From assembly GCA_050251875.1 (NCBI GenBank), contig JBFWMA010000002.1, positions 374,606 through 438,605 on the forward strand: 64,000 nt of DNA. Direction: 5' to 3'. This stretch comes from Deferribacterales bacterium. GTDB taxonomy: Bacteria; Chrysiogenota; Deferribacteres; Deferribacterales; Geovibrionaceae. This document shows positions 51,014 through 60,180 of this stretch, piece after piece (position 1 is the first letter of the stretch; each line of letters begins with the position of its first letter). The notes beneath the pieces were generated by a model that saw only the letters and a list, made by a program, of their open reading frames with translations, did not search any database and was not told the origin of the DNA. Made by a program: the position numbers and the translations under genes.

Positions 51014-51652
51014 ATGAACACAATAGCTGAACGTATGAAAGAGCTGAGAAAACTGCTCGATCTTTCGCAGACTGATTTTGGAAAAAAGATAGGAAAAAAC
51101 TATCACTCGGTTATGAGGTGGGAGCTTGGAAAAGTTCTGCCGCCGGATAATGTCACAGACCACATCTGCGACACTTTTAATGTCAGCAAGCAATGGCTGG
51201 TGAACGGCACAGGCGATGTTTTCTCCGCCGGACAGGCTCAGGAGGCGCATGAACGCCCCCAGAACACATACGCCGCACAGTCATTCTCCAGAATACCGCT
51301 CTTCAGACATATCCCGAAATTGTTTCCGGACTATTCCCCTGCGGACGTGGCGATGTATATATCCGTACCCTGCTCCTGCGCCGATGTCTTCGCCATGAAG
51401 GCTCCGGCGTGCAGCGCCGCCCCCATCCTTCCGGACGACACGGTTCTTTTCACCCGCTTCACAGGCGAAACATGCCGTGACGGCGATATGTGCGTCATCC
51501 GGGATCAATACGGAGAGGTGTCCGTGCGCAGGTTTTCCGCAACCAATAACATAATGACTGTCAAAAAACCGGATTATCCCGACATTTTCGCTCCGGAATG
51601 TGCTATCATTGGTTTAGTGTGTGATATCTACAGGAAAATTTTTTTTAGCTAG
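51014..51652 (+). CDS. CI/LexA-like regulator: XRE HTH plus degenerate S24 peptidase-like domain
   Basis: IAERMKELRK..LSQ.DFG...WE.G...WLVNG.G; C-terminal RIPL...FAMK...S..P...D.V pattern. Confidence 0.85.
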   Translation: MNTIAERMKELRKLLDLSQTDFGKKIGKNYHSVMRWELGKVLPPDNVTDHICDTFNVSKQWLVNGTGDVFSAGQAQEAHERPQNTYAAQSFSRIPLFRHIPKLFPDYSPADVAMYISVPCSCADVFAMKAPACSAAPILPDDTVLFTRFTGETCRDGDMCVIRDQYGEVSVRRFSATNNIMTVKKPDYPDIFAPECAIIGLVCDIYRKIFFS

Positions 51653-51709
51653 TAGATAAATATTTATTTTGATGCTATATTTTTTATAGTATTCACTGCG
51701 GAAATAGAC

Positions 51710-54700
51710 ATGAAAAAACTTTTTAATGGATTAAGATTCAGAATTCTGGCCGCTGTCATGATAGTCATGTTCTTTGCGGTGGCTATTTTAATTTTCAGCA
51801 CATATGTAAAACTGAAAGACGACATAATCAAAAAAAATGAGGAGTCGCTCAAACTTTTCAGCATAATATTCGAGTCTGAAAAAGACCTCCTGATAAAGAA
51901 ATATTCCATGTCGCTCGATGTCCTTCTGGAAAACCCGCAGGTGACCGAAGCCTTCGCCAGAAGAGACAGAAACGCCCTTGCCGATCTGGTTACCCCTATT
52001 TACAACACACGTCTTAAACACCTTTATAATATCGAGCAGTTCCAGTTTCATCTGCCGCCGGCAGTCAGCTTTTACAGGGCGCACATGCCGAACAACTACG
52101 GTGATAATCTGGAAACATTCAGAAAAACAGTCATAAGGGCTAACGAAACCAAATCCACCGTATCCGGAATAGAGGTGGGCAGAGGCGGTCTGGGACTTCG
52201 TGTGGTGAAACCCGTGTGGTACAATTTCGATTCCGTGGGAACTGTGGAGTTCGGCGGAAACATGGAAAGCATTCTGGAAACCACCCGGTCATGCACAGGC
52301 ATCAACTATGCCATCGGTGTTTTCAAATCAGTTCTGAAAAACGCCCGTTTTCTGGACGATCCTTCTAAATGGATGCAGTATAACGACATGTTCGTATATG
52401 GTTTTTCCGAGGATATTGTTCGCAAACTCACTATCAGCGCGGATATCGAAAGCAGAGATATAATCCATGACAACGACAGATACTATATAGCCCGAAAACT
52501 GCCCCTTTACGATTTTTCATCCGAACAGATCGGATATCTGGTGGTGGTGAGAGACACCACAAAAGACGTTGTGGGCATGCGCACGGAGCTTCTGAGACAG
52601 AGCTCCATAATAGCCGCATACGGTTTTTTCGCCGTGATAATCATGTCTTCGTTCCTTATCCGTCTGATATTCAGACCTCTGGAGATGATAACCAACCATC
52701 TCTCTGAAAATGAGATCACCCTGGACAAAGAACCCGCCGAGCTGGTTGTCAGCGACAACGCCGAGCTGTCTGTGCTCACCGGGGCTTATAACTCGCTTAA
52801 TAAGAAGCTGTATCATAACCTTAAACAGATAGACGAGCAGATGAAGGAGATTCAGAACATTAACTCCACTCTGGAAGAGAATGTTAAGAAAAGAACGCAG
52901 GAGCTGGAAACCACCAACGAAAAACTGGAAAAAGCTCTGGAAAACTATAAAAACATCAACGAGGCGAAGAGCGAGTTTCTGGCGGATATGAGCCACGAAA
53001 TCAGAACACCCATGAACGCCATCATAGGGCTGAGCTATCTCGCCATGCAGACCCAGCTGAACACCAAGCAGTACGGATATCTGAACAAGATACACACATC
53101 CGCCAACATGATGCTGGAGATCATAAACGATATTCTGGATTTCTCTAAAATAGAGGCGGGAAGACTGGAGCTGGAGAATGTTAACTTCAGCCTGTATGAC
53201 CTTCTGAAAAAGATTGAGGATATTCTGGAGGTTCAGGCGGAGAAAAAGAGAATCACATTCAATGTGGAGATAGCCGAAAACACGCCCAAGTTTGTTAAGG
53301 GCGATCCCCTGCGTCTGTCGCAGGTTCTGAACAATCTGGGGGCTAACGCCGTAAAATATACCGAATCAGGCGGCGTCACTGTCTCTGTGGAGGCTGTGGA
53401 GTCCAACATGGCATACACCACCCTCAAATTCACCGTAAAAGATACAGGAATAGGTATTCCAAAAGAAAAACTGAACCTGCTCTTCACTTCATATGGTCAG
53501 ATATCGTCTAAAATGGCTCGAAAATACGGCGGTTCCGGTCTGGGGCTGAATATCACCAAGAAAATTCTGGACAAAATGGGCGGAACTATCTTTGTGGAGA
53601 GTGTCCCGGATAAAGGAAGCACATTCTGGTTCACCATAAAACTCAAAAATGTGGATATTACAAAAGTTGAGGATTTCTCTGAGAAAACAAAACTGCTCAA
53701 CGGCAAACGTGTTCTGGTCGGCGAAAAATATTCCAACGAGCCGGGCAGTATCTCATCCATATTCCGTGAGTTCATGGCGAATGTAACGTCCGCCGATAAT
53801 CAGGTTTCCATGCTGAAAACGCTCAGCTCAAACATAGAAAAAGACCATGTGGATTTCGACCTGATCGTTGTGGAACATGTGATGAACGATGTCTGCATGC
53901 TGTCCGCTGTGGAGTCTCTGCGCCAGATAGCCGGAGAGATAAAGCTGCCCCCCGTTATATTCATATCAAACGAAGATACGCCGCCTATAGAAGGCATAAA
54001 TCTGATAAAGCTGATGAAACCGGCAGACCCCAGCACTCTGTTCAACGCCACCATAAACCTGATAACAGGCAGAGAATATGACGGTGAAACCAATATATCC
54101 GTCAGCGCCGACACATCTAACGCCAGCATCCTGATCGTGGACGACAACAGCCTGAACAGAGAGGTCGCCGCTGATTTCATGGATATCCTCGGGCTGACCG
54201 CCGACTATGCTGAAAACGGTCTGGAAGCCGTGCGCATGGCAGAGAAGAACGTATATGACGTGATCTTCATGGATATCATGATGCCGCATCTGGACGGATA
54301 CGCCGCGTCTAAAATGATAAGACAGAGCGGGCTGAACACCGACACGCCGATATATGCCATGACAGCCAGCGTTATAGACGAAGACAACATGAAGCTGAAA
54401 AGCTCCATGATATCCGGCTCCATCAGCAAACCGTTCAAGCTGAATGAGATAACCAAAGCCATCACCGATTCTATGATGATAAAGAATATGGGCGCTGAAG
54501 CCCCTCTTCTGCACGATGTCTCCGGACATGTGGATTTTCAGACGGGAATATCAAACTTCGGCGGAAACATGCTGTTATACAAAAAAGCCGTAAATGATTT
54601 CACTCATTTCTGCGGAGACACTGAAAATCTGATGGCAAACATGATACAGTCCGACCCGGAGAACATCAGGTCTTTCCTTCTTCAGATGCAGAGCTTCTCT

Positions 54701-54853
54701 GAAAATCTGGCTCTTCATCCGCTGGCGGACATTGCCGGAATCATCTACCGAAAGCTGTCCACAGGCTCTCCCGCAGATATCAGCAAAGAATATGTGACGC
54801 TGAAAGAGACACTGCAAAAGACTGTTGGTATTTTGAACAAAAACATTGTGTAG
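51710..54853 (+). CDS. Hybrid sensor histidine kinase (dCache-type sensor, HisKA, HATPase, REC domains)
   Basis: SHEIRTPMN, NAVKYT, DTGIGI, GGSGLGL; REC motifs IVDD, FMDIMMP.LDG, KP. Confidence 0.96.
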   Translation: MKKLFNGLRFRILAAVMIVMFFAVAILIFSTYVKLKDDIIKKNEESLKLFSIIFESEKDLLIKKYSMSLDVLLENPQVTEAFARRDRNALADLVTPIYNTRLKHLYNIEQFQFHLPPAVSFYRAHMPNNYGDNLETFRKTVIRANETKSTVSGIEVGRGGLGLRVVKPVWYNFDSVGTVEFGGNMESILETTRSCTGINYAIGVFKSVLKNARFLDDPSKWMQYNDMFVYGFSEDIVRKLTISADIESRDIIHDNDRYYIARKLPLYDFSSEQIGYLVVVRDTTKDVVGMRTELLRQSSIIAAYGFFAVIIMSSFLIRLIFRPLEMITNHLSENEITLDKEPAELVVSDNAELSVLTGAYNSLNKKLYHNLKQIDEQMKEIQNINSTLEENVKKRTQELETTNEKLEKALENYKNINEAKSEFLADMSHEIRTPMNAIIGLSYLAMQTQLNTKQYGYLNKIHTSANMMLEIINDILDFSKIEAGRLELENVNFSLYDLLKKIEDILEVQAEKKRITFNVEIAENTPKFVKGDPLRLSQVLNNLGANAVKYTESGGVTVSVEAVESNMAYTTLKFTVKDTGIGIPKEKLNLLFTSYGQISSKMARKYGGSGLGLNITKKILDKMGGTIFVESVPDKGSTFWFTIKLKNVDITKVEDFSEKTKLLNGKRVLVGEKYSNEPGSISSIFREFMANVTSADNQVSMLKTLSSNIEKDHVDFDLIVVEHVMNDVCMLSAVESLRQIAGEIKLPPVIFISNEDTPPIEGINLIKLMKPADPSTLFNATINLITGREYDGETNISVSADTSNASILIVDDNSLNREVAADFMDILGLTADYAENGLEAVRMAEKNVYDVIFMDIMMPHLDGYAASKMIRQSGLNTDTPIYAMTASVIDEDNMKLKSSMISGSISKPFKLNEITKAITDSMMIKNMGAEAPLLHDVSGHVDFQTGISNFGGNMLLYKKAVNDFTHFCGDTENLMANMIQSDPENIRSFLLQMQSFSENLALHPLADIAGIIYRKLSTGSPADISKEYVTLKETLQKTVGILNKNIV

Positions 54854-54916
54854 ATATTATGTTCTCTGGCATTTGATTTGCTTCTTCTTATGAAAGACCT
54901 TCATGAGGAGGAAAAA

Positions 54917-55141
54917 ATGATCACTAAAAATTTCTTTTCGGAATCAGAGGAAGAGAGAGTAAAACAGCTCGCCGGCATAGCCAATCTGCACATATCCATT
55001 GCCAGGGAACTGATGGCCAGCGAACGCCCGCTGTCCAGAGAGGAGATGCAGAGCCTTCTGGAGCTGCTGATCACAGCCAACGAAGCGAAACAGCTTGCGT
55101 ATAATCTGAAAAATATTCATGACATCAAAGATATCGCATAA
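54917..55141 (+). CDS. Small helical hypothetical protein (74 aa)
   Basis: GAGGAGG SD before ATG 54917; followed by a terminator-like hairpin. Confidence 0.7.
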   Translation: MITKNFFSESEEERVKQLAGIANLHISIARELMASERPLSREEMQSLLELLITANEAKQLAYNLKNIHDIKDIA

Positions 55142-55148
55142 ACCATAG

Positions 55149-55191
55149 ACCCCGGTGAACAGAAGTCATTAAACGCCGGGGTTTGTTTTTT
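55149..55191 (+). terminator. Probable intrinsic terminator
   Basis: ACCCCGG...CCGGGGT followed by TTGTTTTTT (long loop). Confidence 0.55.
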
Positions 55192-55285
55192 CGCTGATTA
55201 CGCCCGAAAAGCAATCTATCAGCTTGCTCTTTTTTAACATATGCTGTATAGATACCCAATTAAATTATTTTTTTGCGGGTATATT

Positions 55286-56518
55286 GTGAGCCAAGATAAC
55301 CTGATCCAGAGGATAATCAAAGAGAGCAACGTGATAACGGTCTTTCAGCCGGTAATCAGTCTGAAAGAGATGCGTATCGTTGGCTTCGAGGCTCTTTCAC
55401 GGGGCATATGCTCAGACACGGGAAATATTATCCCTCCCATCGAGCTGTTCGAGATGGCACGGGAAGAGAACTGTGAGCTGGAGCTGGACAGACTCTGTAG
55501 AAAGACTGCCATGAGATCCTACAAAACCATTCCTGATTATGACAAATATCTTCTCTTTCTGAATCTGGACACCAGCGTTCTGGACAACGTGGATCTGGAG
55601 TCATCACGCTTTACAAAAGAGCTGACGGACGAGATGGGGCTGAAATATTCCTCCATTTCTCTCGAAATTGTCGAATCAAAGATAGAAAACAATCAAAACC
55701 TCATCCACTTCATAGATAACTACAAAAAACTGGGATATTATGTGTCTCTGGACGATTTCGGCGCCATGCACTCCAACATGGACAGAATCATCATGTCCAA
55801 GCCGGATATAATCAAAATAGATATGGATCTGGTCCGCAACATCCACAACAACTACTATCAGCAGTCCATCATAACCTCCATCATCGACATCGCCCAGAAG
55901 ACAGGGGCGCTCACTCTGGCGGAGGGGCTGGAAAACATGGACGATATAATGAAAAGCTATGAGCTGGGGATCGACCTTTATCAGGGATTTTTCCTGCACA
56001 GACCCTGCGTGGATATAGCCGGCAGCCTCACCTTCATTCAGGATAAGATCAACTACACAGTGCAGTATGTGAAAAGCAAACTGAAAGAGAATGTCACCAG
56101 AAAGAAAAACACCTATACCAATTTTGAGAATCTCACTTCCCTGCTGGTAAGGGAGTCTCTTAACAGAGATGTGGAATATTTCTATAAAGCTCTGTCGCAG
56201 AACATCTCTTTCTATCCGGAGATAGAGCGTATCTTCCTGCTGGGCAATGACGGGATGCAGATTCTGCCGTCCATTCTGAACCCGTCTCACAAGACCATAA
56301 AGGTGAAATCTTTCAGCATGTTTCACGAAAGTCATTCAGATCATTCGTTAAAAGATTATTTTTATTACTTGAAGAAACTCAATACAAACCGTTATTTCAC
56401 AGACACTTTCATATCATCCACCACAGGGAATATTTTAAGAACTATGTCATGTGTGGTTGACATTCAGAATACACCATATATACTATGTATCGATTTTATT
56501 GATAAATTAGAGCGCTAA
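55286..56518 (+). CDS. EAL-domain protein with C-terminal YkuI_C/Cache-like domain
   Basis: FQP, EAL, FLN, LEIVE, DDFG, IKID, AEG.E and QGF motifs. Start uncertain (GTG 55286 or ATG 55241). Confidence 0.92.
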   Translation: MSQDNLIQRIIKESNVITVFQPVISLKEMRIVGFEALSRGICSDTGNIIPPIELFEMAREENCELELDRLCRKTAMRSYKTIPDYDKYLLFLNLDTSVLDNVDLESSRFTKELTDEMGLKYSSISLEIVESKIENNQNLIHFIDNYKKLGYYVSLDDFGAMHSNMDRIIMSKPDIIKIDMDLVRNIHNNYYQQSIITSIIDIAQKTGALTLAEGLENMDDIMKSYELGIDLYQGFFLHRPCVDIAGSLTFIQDKINYTVQYVKSKLKENVTRKKNTYTNFENLTSLLVRESLNRDVEYFYKALSQNISFYPEIERIFLLGNDGMQILPSILNPSHKTIKVKSFSMFHESHSDHSLKDYFYYLKKLNTNRYFTDTFISSTTGNILRTMSCVVDIQNTPYILCIDFIDKLER

Positions 56519-56530
56519 ACACATTATTTT

Positions 56531-57784
56531 TTGGAGTTATTTTTGAATACAGCCCGGTTTGACATTATTGAGATCATCCAGAAAGAACTTATCAGAATCG
56601 AGTTCCAGCCTATCCTCAGTTTAAAACTTAAAAAAGCAGTCGGTGTAGAGGCTCTTTGCAGGGGCATCAACCCGAAAGACAGAACCGTTATCTCTCCCCT
56701 CACCCTTTTCGAAGAGGCGGCGAAATTCGGCGTGGTTATCGATCTGGACAGGCTTTGCAGAAAAACAGCCATGAAAGAATTCGCGAAACTGCAAAACCAC
56801 GAATCTCTTGTGCTCTTTCTTAACTTCGACGCTTCCGTTCTGGACAGCATAAAAGAGGATGAAAAATCATGCACAGTAATGTATGCGGACGAAGCGGGGC
56901 TCAATTATCACAATATAGCCGTTGAAATCCTCGAATCAAAAATAGAGAACAACAAAAAACTGGAAATAATCACGGAAAGATATTCCTCTCTGGGAATGTT
57001 CGTTGTGCTGGACGACTTCGGCGCCCTCCACTCCAACCTGAACAGACTGGTAATATCTAAACCCGATATCATCAAAATAGACAGAAGCCTGATCCACAAC
57101 GTCAGCCAGAGCTATTATCAGCAGTCCATCATCAAGTCCATCATCGATCTGGGCAAGAAGATAGGCTCGCTCACGCTGGCGGAGGGAGTTGAGACCAAAG
57201 AGGATGTTCTGAAGTGCCACGAGCTTGGCGCTGACCTGTTTCAGGGCTTTTTCTTCTCCAGACCCCAGAACATAGAATGTCTGTCCACCATCTGCTGTAA
57301 AACTCTCATGGAAGAGATCACATACGAAATCAAAGATTACATGGCTGTCAACCTTGAACAGAAAAGGTTCCAATACAATAACTTCGAAAATATCCTGAAT
57401 AAAATCATGGACGAGATCGCCGCTTCTCCCGTGGAATACTACAACGGGATAATGGAGAAATCCGTCATTACTTACAAAGATATAGAATGTCTTTACATTC
57501 TGGATGAGTTCGGAGTGCAGGTTGGCGACACCATCTGCGGGTTCGACATCCCGGAGAACGAGCACAGCCTCTTTCACCCGTCCAGATCCGGCGCAGACCA
57601 CTCTCTGAAAGAATATTTTTACTTCATAAACAGCTTACAGTTAACATCATATTACACAGATCCGTACATCTCTCTGGCAACGGGGATGCTTTGCAGAACT
57701 ATGGCGAAAAAGTTTGAAAACGGGCAGAACGCCTACATTCTCTGTATCGACTTTATCGACAGCAGAGCCTGCAACCTCCTCTAA
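56531..57784 (+). CDS. EAL-domain protein with C-terminal YkuI_C/Cache-like domain (paralog of the upstream gene)
   Basis: Same motif set as the upstream gene; shared C-terminal DHSLK.YFY and YILCIDFID. Confidence 0.92.
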   Translation: MELFLNTARFDIIEIIQKELIRIEFQPILSLKLKKAVGVEALCRGINPKDRTVISPLTLFEEAAKFGVVIDLDRLCRKTAMKEFAKLQNHESLVLFLNFDASVLDSIKEDEKSCTVMYADEAGLNYHNIAVEILESKIENNKKLEIITERYSSLGMFVVLDDFGALHSNLNRLVISKPDIIKIDRSLIHNVSQSYYQQSIIKSIIDLGKKIGSLTLAEGVETKEDVLKCHELGADLFQGFFFSRPQNIECLSTICCKTLMEEITYEIKDYMAVNLEQKRFQYNNFENILNKIMDEIAASPVEYYNGIMEKSVITYKDIECLYILDEFGVQVGDTICGFDIPENEHSLFHPSRSGADHSLKEYFYFINSLQLTSYYTDPYISLATGMLCRTMAKKFENGQNAYILCIDFIDSRACNLL

Positions 57785-59172
57785 AGAACCGGACTGAGCG
57801 TCCTGCACACACCCTCGAAAACTCTGATAAAGAACTGTCTGTTCTTCACATATTCATAGGGTATTTTTTCTGAAGCCTCGATATATCTCTCTACCATCTC
57901 AGAAACGTCAGAGGCGAATTTATCCGAATATATCATAAGGTTAAGCTCAAAATTCAGCTTAAAGCTCCTGGCGTCCATGTTGGACGAGCCAATGGTGACC
58001 CATCTGCCGTCCAGCAGAATCATCTTTGCGTGGAGCATGGTTCCTTTCGTTTCATAAATCTCTACACCGGAAGCGATAAGCTCTTCGTAATATGACCTTC
58101 CGGCGGCGGCGGCAAAGGGATGGTTATTCTTGCCCGGAACGATTATCCGCACCCTAAGCCCCTGCATGGCGGTGTTTTTCAGAGTCTCCATGATGGGCTG
58201 GTTAGGCACCAGATAAGGAGTGATGATGTCTATGCTCTTCTCTGCCCTGTTTATGGCGGCAAAGATGGAGTCATAAATCATAGGCGTGGTCTGATGCGGT
58301 CCGGATGGAATCACATGCACCGTCTGGTCTCCGGACGACTGCTCAGCACCTTCCGCCAGCATTTCGGAGATGTCTCCGCCTCTGGCGAACATCCAGTCTT
58401 CGGCGAAATAACAGGCGACAGCGTTCACGGCGTCACCCTCCAGCCTCAGGTGGGCGTCCGACCATTTAGATGTCTCGGCGTATTCATCACCTATATTCAT
58501 TCCGCCTGTATAAGCGCATTTGCCGTCTATAACGGCTATCTTTCTGTGATTGCGGAAATTAACACGGGAAGCAGTTCTGATGCCGAACGGAGAGTGAAAC
58601 ACAGCCGTCTGCGCTCCAGCCCTTCTCAGCCTTTTCATCAGCCCGCTGAACATCAGCCCCATAGAGCCCCATCCGTCCACCATGAAAAATACGCTGACGC
58701 CCTCTTCCGCCTTCTTAACCAGCAGATCGGCTATCCTTCTGCCGGTTTTATCGTTTCTATACAGGTAATATTCCATCAGAATATATTTCTGAGCGTTTTT
58801 AATGTCTCTTTCCAGCAAAGAATATTTTTCAGAAGCATCGGTTATCAGCCGGAGATTTCTGCAAAGCACAGGCTGCATACCGGTCACCTGCGTGATTATA
58901 GCGCCCATCTTTCCGCCGTTATATTCAGCGTTCCCCGCCTGTTTATAATCGAGAAAAGGATAGCGCTTCATCCTTTTTTCCACTATGTTGCGCAGTCTGG
59001 GGTTGCCGAATATCAGATATGCCAGAGTGCCTATAACGGGAAAGAATATCACCGCCATCACCCACGAGAAATTCGCCCTCGCCTCTCTCCTGCCCGACAG
59101 GATTATCAGCACCAGTATTAGCGAGAAAACCTCTACAACATAGGTCAGGATAAGGTTTATGCTGTCTGTCAT
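57781..59172 (-). CDS. cls: Cardiolipin synthase
   Basis: Two N-terminal TMs and two HKD motifs (HRKIAVID, HAKMILLD). Confidence 0.93.
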   Translation of the reverse strand: MTDSINLILTYVVEVFSLILVLIILSGRREARANFSWVMAVIFFPVIGTLAYLIFGNPRLRNIVEKRMKRYPFLDYKQAGNAEYNGGKMGAIITQVTGMQPVLCRNLRLITDASEKYSLLERDIKNAQKYILMEYYLYRNDKTGRRIADLLVKKAEEGVSVFFMVDGWGSMGLMFSGLMKRLRRAGAQTAVFHSPFGIRTASRVNFRNHRKIAVIDGKCAYTGGMNIGDEYAETSKWSDAHLRLEGDAVNAVACYFAEDWMFARGGDISEMLAEGAEQSSGDQTVHVIPSGPHQTTPMIYDSIFAAINRAEKSIDIITPYLVPNQPIMETLKNTAMQGLRVRIIVPGKNNHPFAAAAGRSYYEELIASGVEIYETKGTMLHAKMILLDGRWVTIGSSNMDARSFKLNFELNLMIYSDKFASDVSEMVERYIEASEKIPYEYVKNRQFFIRVFEGVCRTLSPVL

Positions 59173-60083
59173 TTAAAATTTTTCCCCTGATAGAGTCCGT
59201 GCTCACTCATATATGCCTCCAGTCCGGCAGAAAAGGCGCTCTTGTTCTCCGGCCACATAGGGGCTATCAGCGTGTCTCCGGCGGCGTCTCCGACTATTCT
59301 GGCAACGACCATATCCGGAGCGAGATAAGTAATCGCTTCCGCCAGCACAGAGGTATAATCCATCTCGCTCAGAAGCATTATTTTACCCGCCAAATACATC
59401 TCGGACATCTGTGTTCCCTTCACTATATGAAGGTGGTGGAATTTCACCGAATGAACGCCGAGCTCACTGCACAGCTTAACAGAGTTTAGCATATCTTCTC
59501 TGGTGTCGCCCGGAAGTCCGAATATGATATGGGCGCATGTTTTTATGCCGAATCTGTGAGTCATCCGGACGGCGTTCACAAACTCGTCTTTGGTGTGTCC
59601 TCTGTTGATTATCTTCAGAGTGCTGTCGTTGGCGGACTGAAGCCCGTATTCCAGCATCACGTCATATTTTTTATTCAGCTCGGCAAAATACGCCAGCTTC
59701 TCTTCGTCTATTACATCGGGTCTGGTGCCGATGTACACGGCGACTATCCCGTCATCTATCAGAGCCGCCTCAACCCTTTTTCTGATGGTCTCCAGATCGG
59801 AATAGGTGTTGGAATATGACTGAAAATATATGATGAATTTTTCTATCCCTTTTGACCTCAGTTTTGAAATCTGCGAAATAGCCTGTTCCCTGATGCCGTT
59901 TTCAGCTTTCTGAGTAAAAGAGTCCACGTTGCAGTAGATGCATCCGCCAACTCCCTTATTCCCGTCACGGTTTGGACATGTAAAACCAGCGTCTATGGAT
60001 ACTTTGCGCACCTTAGCGTTATATTGATTTTTAAGATAACTGTTAAGCGAATTATAAAAGCCTGTGGCTGCGTTATTTTTCAT
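59169..60083 (-). CDS. Radical SAM protein, YhcC/TIGR01212-like
   Basis: GFTCPNRDG..G.GGCIYC, YFQ.Y.NTY, IGTRPD and INRGH motifs. Confidence 0.93.
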   Translation of the reverse strand: MKNNAATGFYNSLNSYLKNQYNAKVRKVSIDAGFTCPNRDGNKGVGGCIYCNVDSFTQKAENGIREQAISQISKLRSKGIEKFIIYFQSYSNTYSDLETIRKRVEAALIDDGIVAVYIGTRPDVIDEEKLAYFAELNKKYDVMLEYGLQSANDSTLKIINRGHTKDEFVNAVRMTHRFGIKTCAHIIFGLPGDTREDMLNSVKLCSELGVHSVKFHHLHIVKGTQMSEMYLAGKIMLLSEMDYTSVLAEAITYLAPDMVVARIVGDAAGDTLIAPMWPENKSAFSAGLEAYMSEHGLYQGKNFK

Positions 60084-60124
60084 AAATATTCTTCTTTACT
60101 TTTTATTAGGAGACTATATATAAC

Positions 60125-60146
60125 ATACTATCATTAATGATAGTAT
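60125..60146. promoter_or_regulatory. Perfect 22-bp palindrome in a divergent intergenic region
   Basis: ATACTATCATT|AATGATAGTAT is self-complementary over its full length. Confidence 0.6.
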
Positions 60147-60180
60147 CTGTTAATATAATATGCACACCCGTGGAGAAATA

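Noticed and set aside
41836..51652. Prophage or ICE at tRNA-Arg
   Set aside because: No integrase, terminase, capsid, tail, relaxase or T4SS gene is seen, and no second att copy was found beyond 42679.
55142..55285. Possible c-di-GMP riboswitch upstream of the EAL genes
   Set aside because: Hairpins are present but I cannot see the conserved class I or class II motifs; a terminator explains them. An Infernal/Rfam scan would settle it.
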